Of a DNA stretch of 64,000 nt, positions 40,682 to 49,324 are shown in pieces. The notes under the pieces are model-generated. The model was not told the DNA's origin. It ran no database searches and was given only the letters and a program-made list of their open reading frames with translations. This DNA is from an uncultured virus (IMG/VR IMGVR_UViG_3300025133_005019) (lineage: Duplodnaviria > Heunggongvirae > Uroviricota > Caudoviricetes). How positions within the stretch are numbered: the stretch's first letter is position 1; each line of letters opens with the position of its first letter. The position numbers were made by a program, and so were the translations under genes. Where the stretch lies: IMG/VR virus record IMGVR_UViG_3300025133_005019, one strand, 5' to 3'.

Positions 40682-40828
40682 ATGAATATAAGTGATGATG
40701 ACATTAAAGGATTCATTGAATACTTTGGAGAAGAAAATATACCTAATCCAACGCATTACCCACAAAAATTAATTTGGTTAATGCGTTGGTATAAAGTCGT
40801 AATGGCAAGGAAGCAAGAAGATGTATAA
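40682..40828 (+). CDS. Small hypothetical protein (48 aa, not in ORF track)
   Basis: MNISDDDIKGFIEYFGEENIPNPTHYP...; abuts both neighbours. Confidence 0.6.
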   Translation: MNISDDDIKGFIEYFGEENIPNPTHYPQKLIWLMRWYKVVMARKQEDV

Positions 40829-41393
40829 ACGCGGTAAGCTAGAGGTTATTAGTGGACCAATGTTTGCTGGGAAAAGTAGTGAATTATTAAAACGGCTGCT
40901 TTTTTTGGAACACAGTGGTGAAAAGGTGTTAGTGTTAAAACCAGTAATAGATGATCGTTTTGATCCAGATAAAATCGTAACACATAATCATTTAAGCCAT
41001 TCTGCTCTTTCTGTTATTGATTTAGAATTAGTAAAAGATAATTATAATATTAAGCCATATAATTTCCATACAGTTTTTATTGATGAAGTACAGTTCTTTG
41101 ATCCAAAAGAATCATTATGGTTTATTGAAGAAGGCTTGCGTGACGGAGTAAATTTCGTATGTGCTGGCTTAGATCAAGATAGTCGTGGAATACCGTTTGA
41201 CACCACAGCTAGGCTATTGGCATTAGCTGACCAAGTAGTAAAAATATCAAGTTACTGTAATGTATGCGGTGCAACCGCAAGTAAAACACAACGCATTGTA
41301 CAATCTGGTGGCAGAGTAAATATAGGCGGTGCTGAATCATATGAACCACGATGCCACGCACACTGGGAATCGCCCATAACATCAAAAAAATAA
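40821..41393 (+). CDS. tdk: Thymidine kinase
   Basis: GPMFAGKS, IDEVQF, AGLD, CNVC...YEPRC. Confidence 0.93.
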   Translation: MYKRGKLEVISGPMFAGKSSELLKRLLFLEHSGEKVLVLKPVIDDRFDPDKIVTHNHLSHSALSVIDLELVKDNYNIKPYNFHTVFIDEVQFFDPKESLWFIEEGLRDGVNFVCAGLDQDSRGIPFDTTARLLALADQVVKISSYCNVCGATASKTQRIVQSGGRVNIGGAESYEPRCHAHWESPITSKK

Positions 41394-41403
41394 CTCATAA
41401 TGC

Positions 41404-41432
41404 TTGACAAGTAAGACGTATTGCTGTATACT
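41404..41432 (+). promoter_or_regulatory. sigma70 promoter with operator-like spacer
   Basis: TTGACA-AGTAAGACGTATTGCTG-TATACT. Confidence 0.8.
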
Positions 41433-41465
41433 CTATACTTAGTTAACAATTATGAGGAAACTCTA

Positions 41466-44216
41466 ATGCTTTTAAATAAGTTAAGTAAAGCTATTGCGGC
41501 TGCAGCATTCGCTATGTCGTTGACGGCAGTACCACAACAAGCCTACGCATTCAGCGACTTTTATTATAATTATGCCACTAATATTAAAAATGCAGCTTCA
41601 CAGCGTAATTTTGTAGATGTTATTACAAAATCGCTGGAGCGACGAAATGCTGTATACGAGAATATTGTAGCCAAATATGGCCATTATTCTTGGGCAAAAA
41701 TTTATGTTGACAGATTAGCAACATATACAGAACAGCTTACTCGTTGGAAAGACCTACAAGCAACGCTAAATTCCGCAGCGCCAGCAGTAATTGAAACTGT
41801 AATTACTACCAAGGATTATGTCCAAGTAAAGCGTGGCGAAGAATATCTATATAGTACTGTTGAGCGAACTTACGAAGAAACAGAAGATAATATAGTGTCT
41901 GTTTTTGAGGAATTTGTTAGACAATATGCTACTGATGTAACCACTAGATCATTTGTATTCACGTATACTACTAAGCATTATAGCGATGGTACTAAGTTTA
42001 CAACTACTAGTGGTGAATTAAAAAATACTGAGATCACACAAGATATGCGCACAGATACAGAAACAAATCTGTTGCGCCAATATGCTCTTGTGGTCGAAGA
42101 AGATGTTGGTAATGATCAATCTAGTACCAAAACAGTCAATATATTAACTGAAGAAGAATATCTGGCACGACCAGATGTAATTGTTACTGGTACTGATGCA
42201 TACTTAAAAGCCGCACAAAATCAATGGTCTGGATTTAAGAAGTCTACTATCGATTTAGGTTGGGCAGAATACGGTCGTAACCTAGAACAAATTAATGCAC
42301 CAGCAGCATGGGCACGTGGATGGACTGGATTAGGTTCAACCATTGCTATTCTAGATTCTGGTATTGATACAGATCATCCAGAATTTGTTAATCGTATTCT
42401 TAATTTAGAATGTTTCTCATATGGCTGTGATTATAAAGGTGAGGCTGTTGATGATATATCTGGTCACGGTACACATGTTGCTGGTATCGCCGCAGCAGCA
42501 TTAGATGGTGAAGGCATGACGGGCGTAGCACCAGATGCCAATTTGTTAATTGGTAAAATTACTACAGGTGCATATGGTATGGTTAATATGACAGATATGG
42601 CAAAAGCACTTGCCTGGGCTGCTAATAATAATGCAGTTGTAGCAAACGTTAGTGCTAATACCAGAATAGATACTACCTATAAAAACAGTCTTGTCAAGAT
42701 TGAAGATGGATTATACCGATCTACAGACAGTCGATCTTGGAAAGCAGATGGAACTACATTTGCTGACAATGGCTATTTTCATATACTGGATAATGCATTT
42801 GTTGATAGCACTATTGCAGCAATGAGCGGTAATGAAATGGTACTAGTAGCTTCAGCAGGTAATGATCGATCAGATATTACAACTTTCCCAGCGCATCTGG
42901 CAGTATTGGAAGATGAAAATGGTGAATTAGCATTGGGCGGCCGTGTCATTGTTGCTGGTAATTATGATGCGAAAGCGACTAATGGTTTAAACTTTAATAG
43001 CAATAAAGCTGGTACCGTATGTTTTGATTATAATGAAGAACAAAACACATGTAATAACCAATATCGTATTAGTGATTATTACTTACTGGCGCCTGGTTCC
43101 TACGTAATGTCTACTAATAATGACGGTGAATACGAGACAATGTCTGGTACGTCAATGGCAGCACCGCATATTACAGGCGGCATTGCTTTGCTACACCAAC
43201 AGTGGCCACATATGACGGGCGAAAACTTAGTTAAGTTATTGCTATCCACTGGCGATAAAGCCTTTGCACATTATGACGAACATATTCATGGTCAAGGTAT
43301 GATGGATTTGGATGAAGCAACAAGTCCACAAGGCGTAATAGGTATCCCAACTACAGGGCGTGTTAATGGTGAAACAGTAGAAGTAGATGCTAGCCAATCA
43401 CTTAATATTGCAGGTGCATCAGTTTCAGCATTAGATGAAATGATGGTTATTGATGATTATGATCGAGACTTTTATATCAACGGTAACGAATTAATTTCCG
43501 GCATTGATACTCGCACAGTGCAAATTACTAAAGCAGTTCAAAATAACACGCAAATTGATGAATATGCAGGTTATGCAAGAGGTATAACTATTCCAGTTGA
43601 CACCAGCCTAAATACTATAATAAATGTAGGTGGCGGCAATGGCTTTGGGATATCGTATCAAGTAAATAGCAATCTAGCACTAGGTGTATTACATGAAGAT
43701 GATACATTCCTTGGTAACTATGCAGACAATGCTATTATGGATATTAATGGTGGTACTACATTATATCTTGGATATGAAGCTGAACAAACAATTGCTCGTG
43801 GTATTAATGTATTTGGCGCAGCATCATTTGGTGTTACTGAGTTAAATGTAAATAGCGATGCTATGATGAAATCAGCGTCTACTGTATTGTCTAATAGTGC
43901 AAGGGTAGGTACTAGATTTGTAGTAGACAATCGTTCTACATTCGGACTAGTAGCAGCACTTCCAGTTGCTATTACAGATGCAGATGTAACTTTTGAAATG
44001 CCCACCAGCGTGAGTTTAAGTGGCGATATCCATCACAGTACAATGACAAGTTCGCTTGCTAACAATGCACGTGAGTATAGTGTAGGCATGTTTTATGATG
44101 CAGAGCTTACTCCAGTAACTAACTTGAGCTTGTTTGCAGAGTTACGCAACAACTATGCAGGTGAAAGCGGCGCCACTAAATCAGAGTTTGGCATTAAACT
44201 AATAGGCCGCTTTTAA
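41466..44216 (+). CDS. Secreted S8 (subtilisin-like) serine protease with probable C-terminal beta-barrel
   Basis: Signal peptide ending AYA; ILDSG, HGTHVAG, SAGN, SGTSMAAPH; amphipathic strands ending in F; GAGGA RBS before 41466. Confidence 0.85.
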   Translation: MLLNKLSKAIAAAAFAMSLTAVPQQAYAFSDFYYNYATNIKNAASQRNFVDVITKSLERRNAVYENIVAKYGHYSWAKIYVDRLATYTEQLTRWKDLQATLNSAAPAVIETVITTKDYVQVKRGEEYLYSTVERTYEETEDNIVSVFEEFVRQYATDVTTRSFVFTYTTKHYSDGTKFTTTSGELKNTEITQDMRTDTETNLLRQYALVVEEDVGNDQSSTKTVNILTEEEYLARPDVIVTGTDAYLKAAQNQWSGFKKSTIDLGWAEYGRNLEQINAPAAWARGWTGLGSTIAILDSGIDTDHPEFVNRILNLECFSYGCDYKGEAVDDISGHGTHVAGIAAAALDGEGMTGVAPDANLLIGKITTGAYGMVNMTDMAKALAWAANNNAVVANVSANTRIDTTYKNSLVKIEDGLYRSTDSRSWKADGTTFADNGYFHILDNAFVDSTIAAMSGNEMVLVASAGNDRSDITTFPAHLAVLEDENGELALGGRVIVAGNYDAKATNGLNFNSNKAGTVCFDYNEEQNTCNNQYRISDYYLLAPGSYVMSTNNDGEYETMSGTSMAAPHITGGIALLHQQWPHMTGENLVKLLLSTGDKAFAHYDEHIHGQGMMDLDEATSPQGVIGIPTTGRVNGETVEVDASQSLNIAGASVSALDEMMVIDDYDRDFYINGNELISGIDTRTVQITKAVQNNTQIDEYAGYARGITIPVDTSLNTIINVGGGNGFGISYQVNSNLALGVLHEDDTFLGNYADNAIMDINGGTTLYLGYEAEQTIARGINVFGAASFGVTELNVNSDAMMKSASTVLSNSARVGTRFVVDNRSTFGLVAALPVAITDADVTFEMPTSVSLSGDIHHSTMTSSLANNAREYSVGMFYDAELTPVTNLSLFAELRNNYAGESGATKSEFGIKLIGRF

Positions 44217-44238
44217 AACGTAAACAAAGGAGAAAATA

Positions 44239-44547
44239 ATGGCACCCAAAACCCCAGTCCTTGTATCGACTGCCAATGGCCCACCGCCTAGTGCGCCACC
44301 GGCGTATTCTGGCACCCTGACGTTAGGTAATACAACACTTGATCCCGATAGAGATATAGTGATTAATCACGATAACCAAGGCGATATAAAAGTAGGAGAA
44401 ACACTGCGACGACAAACATATGAAATTGAAGTATTAACAGATATTATTAAAGAAATGGTATTAACTAAAAACTTTGATGTTGAAATAGATATTGAAAAGA
44501 GAATCGACCAAAAGATATTCCTAAACAAATTATCCGGCGGAGGGTAA
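44239..44547 (+). CDS. Hypothetical protein
   Basis: AAGGAG RBS; Pro-rich N-terminus. Confidence 0.6.
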   Translation: MAPKTPVLVSTANGPPPSAPPAYSGTLTLGNTTLDPDRDIVINHDNQGDIKVGETLRRQTYEIEVLTDIIKEMVLTKNFDVEIDIEKRIDQKIFLNKLSGGG

Positions 44548-44552
44548 GTATT

Positions 44553-45017
44553 ATGGATGATATGTATCATGAGATTACGCCTGAAGTTCAAGAACGTATT
44601 GATGGATTAATAGAAAATTATGAACACGCGGCACTAGCTACAATGGATGAACGATTTCCATTAATTTCAAAAGTAATGCCAGTAGTCGACGATGGTGAAA
44701 TATATTTATTAATGAGTGATCTAAGTGAACATACTAGGCATATTAGAACTCATTCTAAACGTGTATGTTTGTATTTTGCACATAGTGAAGGCCATACATC
44801 ACGCATGAATAATCCTAGATATAGTGTTATGGGTAAATTATATCCAGCACCATTTACTAATGATAAGCGCAGTGAAATGTTTCAAAAATTGTTAAAGAAA
44901 TTTGACGTAGTAAGCAAAGGTGCAAAAATGTATGGAATGTTTCATGATTTTCATATATATCGTTTCGAGAAATACGAGCAGCTATATATTGAAGGCTTTG
45001 GTAAAGCGTACAAGTGA
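44553..45017 (+). CDS. Pyridoxamine 5'-phosphate oxidase-like split barrel (HugZ-like)
   Basis: ALAT...P..S, SDLSEHTR, DFHIYRF...GFGKAY. Confidence 0.7.
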   Translation: MDDMYHEITPEVQERIDGLIENYEHAALATMDERFPLISKVMPVVDDGEIYLLMSDLSEHTRHIRTHSKRVCLYFAHSEGHTSRMNNPRYSVMGKLYPAPFTNDKRSEMFQKLLKKFDVVSKGAKMYGMFHDFHIYRFEKYEQLYIEGFGKAYK

Positions 45018-45032
45018 AGGAATTATTCTGAT

Positions 45033-45314
45033 ATGCAAAATAAAGAAAAAAATAATCTAGATGAATTGATGGTTATCACTATGGAAGAATGTGGTGAATT
45101 AACACAAGCATGCAGTAAGATTTATCGTTGGGGGATTGATGATGGGAATGGAGAAATCACCAATAGGCAACGATTAGTAACAGAAGCCGGCGATGTTATG
45201 GCAATGATTGATATTATGATTGAAAAAGGAATCTTGACAGAAGAAGAACTTAATGCTAGAATACAAGTTAAGAAAAATAAATTAACAATATGGAGTAATT
45301 TATATGACAAATGA
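45033..45314 (+). CDS. MazG-like nucleotide pyrophosphohydrolase
   Basis: EECGEL...EAGDV. Confidence 0.8.
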   Translation: MQNKEKNNLDELMVITMEECGELTQACSKIYRWGIDDGNGEITNRQRLVTEAGDVMAMIDIMIEKGILTEEELNARIQVKKNKLTIWSNLYDK

Positions 45315-45540
45315 CCCAGAAATTGATGCATCTAAATACATTTGGCAAGTTGGCGAAAATTCATGGATAGTAACCCCATTTGATGTTGGAAATGATGAAG
45401 TAGCTATTACGTTACCAGATAAAGTATTGAAAGCACTTGATTTGGATGTTGACGATACCATAACATGGATTGTACGTGATAATGGCTCGATTGAAATGAC
45501 TAAGAAAAAAGACAATAGAGACAGGAACAACGATGAATAA
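45304..45540 (+). CDS. AbrB/MazE-like DNA-binding protein
   Basis: ITLPDKVLKALDL..DD.I.W. Confidence 0.55.
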   Translation: MTNDPEIDASKYIWQVGENSWIVTPFDVGNDEVAITLPDKVLKALDLDVDDTITWIVRDNGSIEMTKKKDNRDRNNDE

Positions 45541-46498
45541 TACCGATATATTAGATGTATATAATGATGACAGATTGAGCACGCCAACGGACGTTACTAG
45601 TTCTTTGGTCAAGCCAGTCAAACAAAAGAAACTTAGATATAGTGAAGCATTTTATAGTATACAAGGCGAAGGTAAATTTGTAGGGGTACCAAGCGTTTTT
45701 TTACGAACATTTGGCTGTAATTTTCGTTGCAAAAATTTTGGCAGACCTGCTGGCTCTGAGAATGGACGGTATAATCCTGAAGTTCTTGAACTAATAAATA
45801 ATAATGTACACAAAGAAACTGCCACCTTTGAAGAGCTACCAATTGTTCATACTGGTTGTGATACATATGCAAGTATATATCCAGAATTTAAAGACTTTAA
45901 TAAACAAGCAACTATTGACGATGTAGTTGAACATCTTTTATCACTTACACCAGAAGGCAAGTGGACAATGGACAACGGCCAAGACATACATTTGGTCATG
46001 ACAGGTGGCGAGCCGTTGTTGGCGTGGCAACGACTTTATGTAGAGCTATTTGAGCATCCACGCATGCAGGATTTAAAAAATGTCACATTTGAAACAAATA
46101 CTACACAACATTTACATGTCGACTTCTTCAATTATCTCAACGATAATGACCGACTTACAGTCACATTTAGCTGTTCACCAAAACTCTCAGTTTCAGGGGA
46201 AAGTTGGGATAATGCTATTAAGCCTGATATTGCTGTTAATTATTCCGCCTTGGATGGCAGTGATATTTATCTTAAGTTTGTTGTCGCTAATAGCGATGAT
46301 TTTGATGAAGTTACTAGAGCAGTGCAGGAGTATCGCAAAGCAGGGCTTGAATGTCCAGTATATCTTATGCCGCTTGGCGGACGTTCAGAAGAATATAATC
46401 TCAATATTCAAGAAGTCGCCGAAGCCTGTATGGAAAGAGGATGGCGATTCACTCCAAGACTCCACATCACATTATTCGGAAATGCCTGGGGAACTTAA
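45533..46498 (+). CDS. queE: 7-carboxy-7-deazaguanine synthase (radical SAM)
   Basis: EAFYSIQGEG, FLRTFGCNFRC...GCDT, TGGEPL, ETN, SPK, PRLH. Confidence 0.88.
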   Translation: MNNTDILDVYNDDRLSTPTDVTSSLVKPVKQKKLRYSEAFYSIQGEGKFVGVPSVFLRTFGCNFRCKNFGRPAGSENGRYNPEVLELINNNVHKETATFEELPIVHTGCDTYASIYPEFKDFNKQATIDDVVEHLLSLTPEGKWTMDNGQDIHLVMTGGEPLLAWQRLYVELFEHPRMQDLKNVTFETNTTQHLHVDFFNYLNDNDRLTVTFSCSPKLSVSGESWDNAIKPDIAVNYSALDGSDIYLKFVVANSDDFDEVTRAVQEYRKAGLECPVYLMPLGGRSEEYNLNIQEVAEACMERGWRFTPRLHITLFGNAWGT

Positions 46499-46556
46499 TG
46501 TACATAATAAGGAAAATCAAAGTAATATTGAAGATATTAGAAAAGCAGGATTTTAA
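46080..46556 (+). CDS. Putative overprinted gene in the +1 frame of queE (158 aa, hydrophobic core)
   Basis: AGGA 8 nt before ATG; queE shifts to CTC/CTT/GTC codons over the overlap; ORF runs 58 nt past the queE stop. Confidence 0.55.
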   Translation: MSHLKQILHNIYMSTSSIISTIMTDLQSHLAVHQNSQFQGKVGIMLLSLILLLIIPPWMAVIFILSLLSLIAMILMKLLEQCRSIAKQGLNVQYILCRLADVQKNIISIFKKSPKPVWKEDGDSLQDSTSHYSEMPGELNVHNKENQSNIEDIRKAGF

Positions 46557-46576
46557 AATAGAGGATAAAAAAATAT

Positions 46577-47677
46577 ATGACAAATCAAATTTTTACAAGC
46601 GAAAGTGTTAGTAATGGCCACCCAGACAAAATAGCAGATCAGATTAGTGATGCACTTGTTGATGCTGGGTTAAAAGCGGGTGATGAAACAACTCGTGTTG
46701 CTATTGAAACACTTGTAACTACCAACTTAGTTACGTTGGCGGGCGAAGTAAAAAACTTTAATCTAAGTAAAGACCAAGTAGAACAAATTGTACGCGATAA
46801 AGTACGGGAAATTGGTTACGAACAAGACGGGTTTCATTGGAACCGACTAAATGTTTATAACGAAATTCATAAACAATCAGGTGATATCGCATTAGGAACA
46901 GATAGTTTTGGTGCTGGTGACCAAGGCATTATGTTCGGGTATGCGTGTAATCACACAGATAGCATGATGCCAGCACCGATTCATTTTGCACATGAAATTT
47001 TAAAAGACTTAAATGAAGAACGTAAGATTACAGATATTTTAGGCCCTGATGCTAAATCGCAAGTTAGTGTAGAATATTACGGTGACAGGCGTGATGGTTT
47101 AATTAAACGTATTGATCAAGTGGTCGTAAGTACTCAACACACAGATGGTTGCGGCATCTTAGCAAAAGAATTAGCGCGACATTCTGCAGAAACAATTTTA
47201 GGTGATTATGTAGATGAGAATACTATTTGGCATCTTAATCCTACTGGTAACTTTGTTATTGGTGGTCCGGACGGTGATACAGGCCTTACTGGCCGAAAAA
47301 TTATTGTGGATACCTACGGCGGTTTTGCTCCTCATGGCGGCGGCGCTTTTAGTGGTAAAGACCCTACCAAAGTAGATAGAAGTGCAGCTTATATGGCACG
47401 TTGGCTAGCAAAAAATGTCGTATCAGATGACATGGCTGATTGGTGTCAAATTCAGTTATCATATGCTATTGGTGTTAAACAACCAACAAGTATATATGTA
47501 GACAGTAACGGACACAATCGCAGTATTCAAAAATTTATTGAAAACAATATTGATTTAACACCAAAAGGTATTATCGATAGGTTTGATTTATTTAAGTTTT
47601 ATAAGTATAGTGAGAATTGCAGATATGGTCATTTTGGTAACAAAGATGTGCCGTGGGAACAAACAGGAAGGTGGTAA
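46577..47677 (+). CDS. metK: S-adenosylmethionine synthetase
   Basis: FTSESV..GHPDK, GAGDQG, GLTGRKII, GGGAFSGKDPTKVDRS. Confidence 0.97.
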   Translation: MTNQIFTSESVSNGHPDKIADQISDALVDAGLKAGDETTRVAIETLVTTNLVTLAGEVKNFNLSKDQVEQIVRDKVREIGYEQDGFHWNRLNVYNEIHKQSGDIALGTDSFGAGDQGIMFGYACNHTDSMMPAPIHFAHEILKDLNEERKITDILGPDAKSQVSVEYYGDRRDGLIKRIDQVVVSTQHTDGCGILAKELARHSAETILGDYVDENTIWHLNPTGNFVIGGPDGDTGLTGRKIIVDTYGGFAPHGGGAFSGKDPTKVDRSAAYMARWLAKNVVSDDMADWCQIQLSYAIGVKQPTSIYVDSNGHNRSIQKFIENNIDLTPKGIIDRFDLFKFYKYSENCRYGHFGNKDVPWEQTGRW

Positions 47678-47681
47678 ACTA

Positions 47682-47954
47682 ATGTTTAAGAAATTAAGAA
47701 ATTTATTTAAAAAATCAGATAAAAATCAAGTTGCAGAGAAAGATGGTGCTTCTGCTCGTGGCGAGCCGTATGTTAAAGTTATTAATGTTAGCTTTGATAA
47801 AAATAAGCCAAGTGATGGTTATTTTGAACTGGATTGGAATCAACATTTCATTAAAAAGTTGATGGATGCCGGATATACTGGTTCTTCAGAAGAAGAAATA
47901 ATTGATGCATGGTTTACACAGCTTTGCCGTAACATTGGTGATCAAGAATCTTGA
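47682..47954 (+). CDS. Hypothetical phage protein
   Basis: ATG 47682; GEPYVKV, GYFELDWN. Confidence 0.65.
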   Translation: MFKKLRNLFKKSDKNQVAEKDGASARGEPYVKVINVSFDKNKPSDGYFELDWNQHFIKKLMDAGYTGSSEEEIIDAWFTQLCRNIGDQES

Positions 47955-47983
47955 TTGACATACCTTAATGGTTATGTTAATAT
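47955..47983 (+). promoter_or_regulatory. sigma70-type promoter
   Basis: TTGACA-17-TAATAT with TG extension. Confidence 0.6.
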
Positions 47984-48013
47984 ATCAACAATATAAATTT
48001 TAAAGGGTTAGTA

Positions 48014-49006
48014 ATGAAAAAGACGTATATATTAGTTGACTCAGCCAATATGTTTATGCGAGCACGACATGTTGTCCGCGGTAGTGATATTGAAACCAAA
48101 ATTGGCATGTCATATCATATTATGTTTAATAGTATTGCAAAGGTATGGCGCGAGCAAAATGGATCACATGTTGTGATGTGTTTTGAAGGCCGTAGTTGGC
48201 GTAAAGATGCATATGAACCGTATAAACGAAATCGTAAAGAAATTATAGCTGCTAAAACAGTACAAGAGCAAGAAGAAGATCAAAAATTCTGGGATGCATT
48301 TGATAATTTTAGATATTACATGACCAATAAGACAAATACAACTATATTACAACATCAAGAATGCGAAGCAGATGATTTTATTGCACGTTGGATACAAAAT
48401 CATCCAGATGATAATCATTGTATCGTAAGCAGTGATAGTGACTTTTATCAGCTTATTAATGGCAATGTTAGTCAGTATAATGGTATAACAGGCCAGCTCA
48501 TCACACATGATGGCATATTTGATGATCGCGGCAACCACGTCAAAGATAAAAAGACTAAAGAGCCCAAAATGATTGGTAATCCAGAATGGTTATTGTTTGA
48601 AAAGTGTATTCGTGGCGATTCATCTGATAATATCTTTAGTGCATATCCAGGATGTCGTAAGAAAGGCACTAAAAATAAAGTAGGCATGTTAGAAGCATTT
48701 GCAGACAAGGATGCTCAAGGTTATAACTGGAATAACTTTATGTTACAACGGTGGGTAGATCACGAAGATGTTGAGCACCGAGTGCTTGATGACTATAAAC
48801 GGAATCAACTGCTAATTGATCTTACTTTACAGCCTGACCATATTAAACAAAAGCTAGATACAGTTATTGTTGAACAAGTACAAAAGGATAAGAAAAATCA
48901 AGTCGGCGTCCATTTTATGCGATTCTGTGGCATCCATGATTTACAGCGGGTAGCAGATCGTGCAAACGACCACGCCCAATATTTGAATAATAGTTATACT
49001 GATTAG
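48014..49006 (+). CDS. rnh: T4 RNase H-like 5'-3' exonuclease (FEN family)
   Basis: LVD..N, SWRK, YKRNR, EADD, SSDSDF, GDSSDNI. Confidence 0.88.
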   Translation: MKKTYILVDSANMFMRARHVVRGSDIETKIGMSYHIMFNSIAKVWREQNGSHVVMCFEGRSWRKDAYEPYKRNRKEIIAAKTVQEQEEDQKFWDAFDNFRYYMTNKTNTTILQHQECEADDFIARWIQNHPDDNHCIVSSDSDFYQLINGNVSQYNGITGQLITHDGIFDDRGNHVKDKKTKEPKMIGNPEWLLFEKCIRGDSSDNIFSAYPGCRKKGTKNKVGMLEAFADKDAQGYNWNNFMLQRWVDHEDVEHRVLDDYKRNQLLIDLTLQPDHIKQKLDTVIVEQVQKDKKNQVGVHFMRFCGIHDLQRVADRANDHAQYLNNSYTD

Positions 49007-49015
49007 GAGGTAAAT

Positions 49016-49324
49016 ATGAAGTATTTTTCAATTGAAACAATTCAAACTTTTAAGCATAGGTATGTTGTTTCTGAAGAAGACCTACAGAAAATGAACCCAA
49101 CTATGCCTTACGAGACCCATTGGTTAGATGATGCGGTCACGTGTAATGACATTGGCGAATTTTCTCAAACCTATATAGGTGAGCAAATTATAGGCAATCA
49201 GGTTCTAACAGAAAATGAGGTTTTAGAACTCTTTGACAAAGAAAATGATTATCTATCTAGCTGGACACCCGAACAAAAGATAAAATATATTAAATGGCTT
49301 ACTGGGCCTGCCAATGAAAGTTAA
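49016..49324 (+). CDS. Hypothetical phage protein
   Basis: AGGAGG RBS. Confidence 0.65.
   Translation: MKYFSIETIQTFKHRYVVSEEDLQKMNPTMPYETHWLDDAVTCNDIGEFSQTYIGEQIIGNQVLTENEVLELFDKENDYLSSWTPEQKIKYIKWLTGPANES

Noticed and set aside
41421..41465. ORF-track start of the protease at 41421
   Set aside because: Overlaps the -10 box; ATG 41466 has an RBS and gives a clean signal peptide
45033..45540. mazEFG toxin-antitoxin module
   Set aside because: MazG-like and AbrB-like genes are adjacent, but no MazF/PIN toxin is present
46072..46080. T-TTA-AAA slippery heptamer in queE as a -1 frameshift site
   Set aside because: The -1 frame hits TGA within a few codons and does not lead into the +1 overlapping ORF
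46499..46576. SAM riboswitch upstream of metK
   Set aside because: Short A-rich gap with no SAM-II/V/SAM-SAH features, mostly occupied by the overlapping ORF tail
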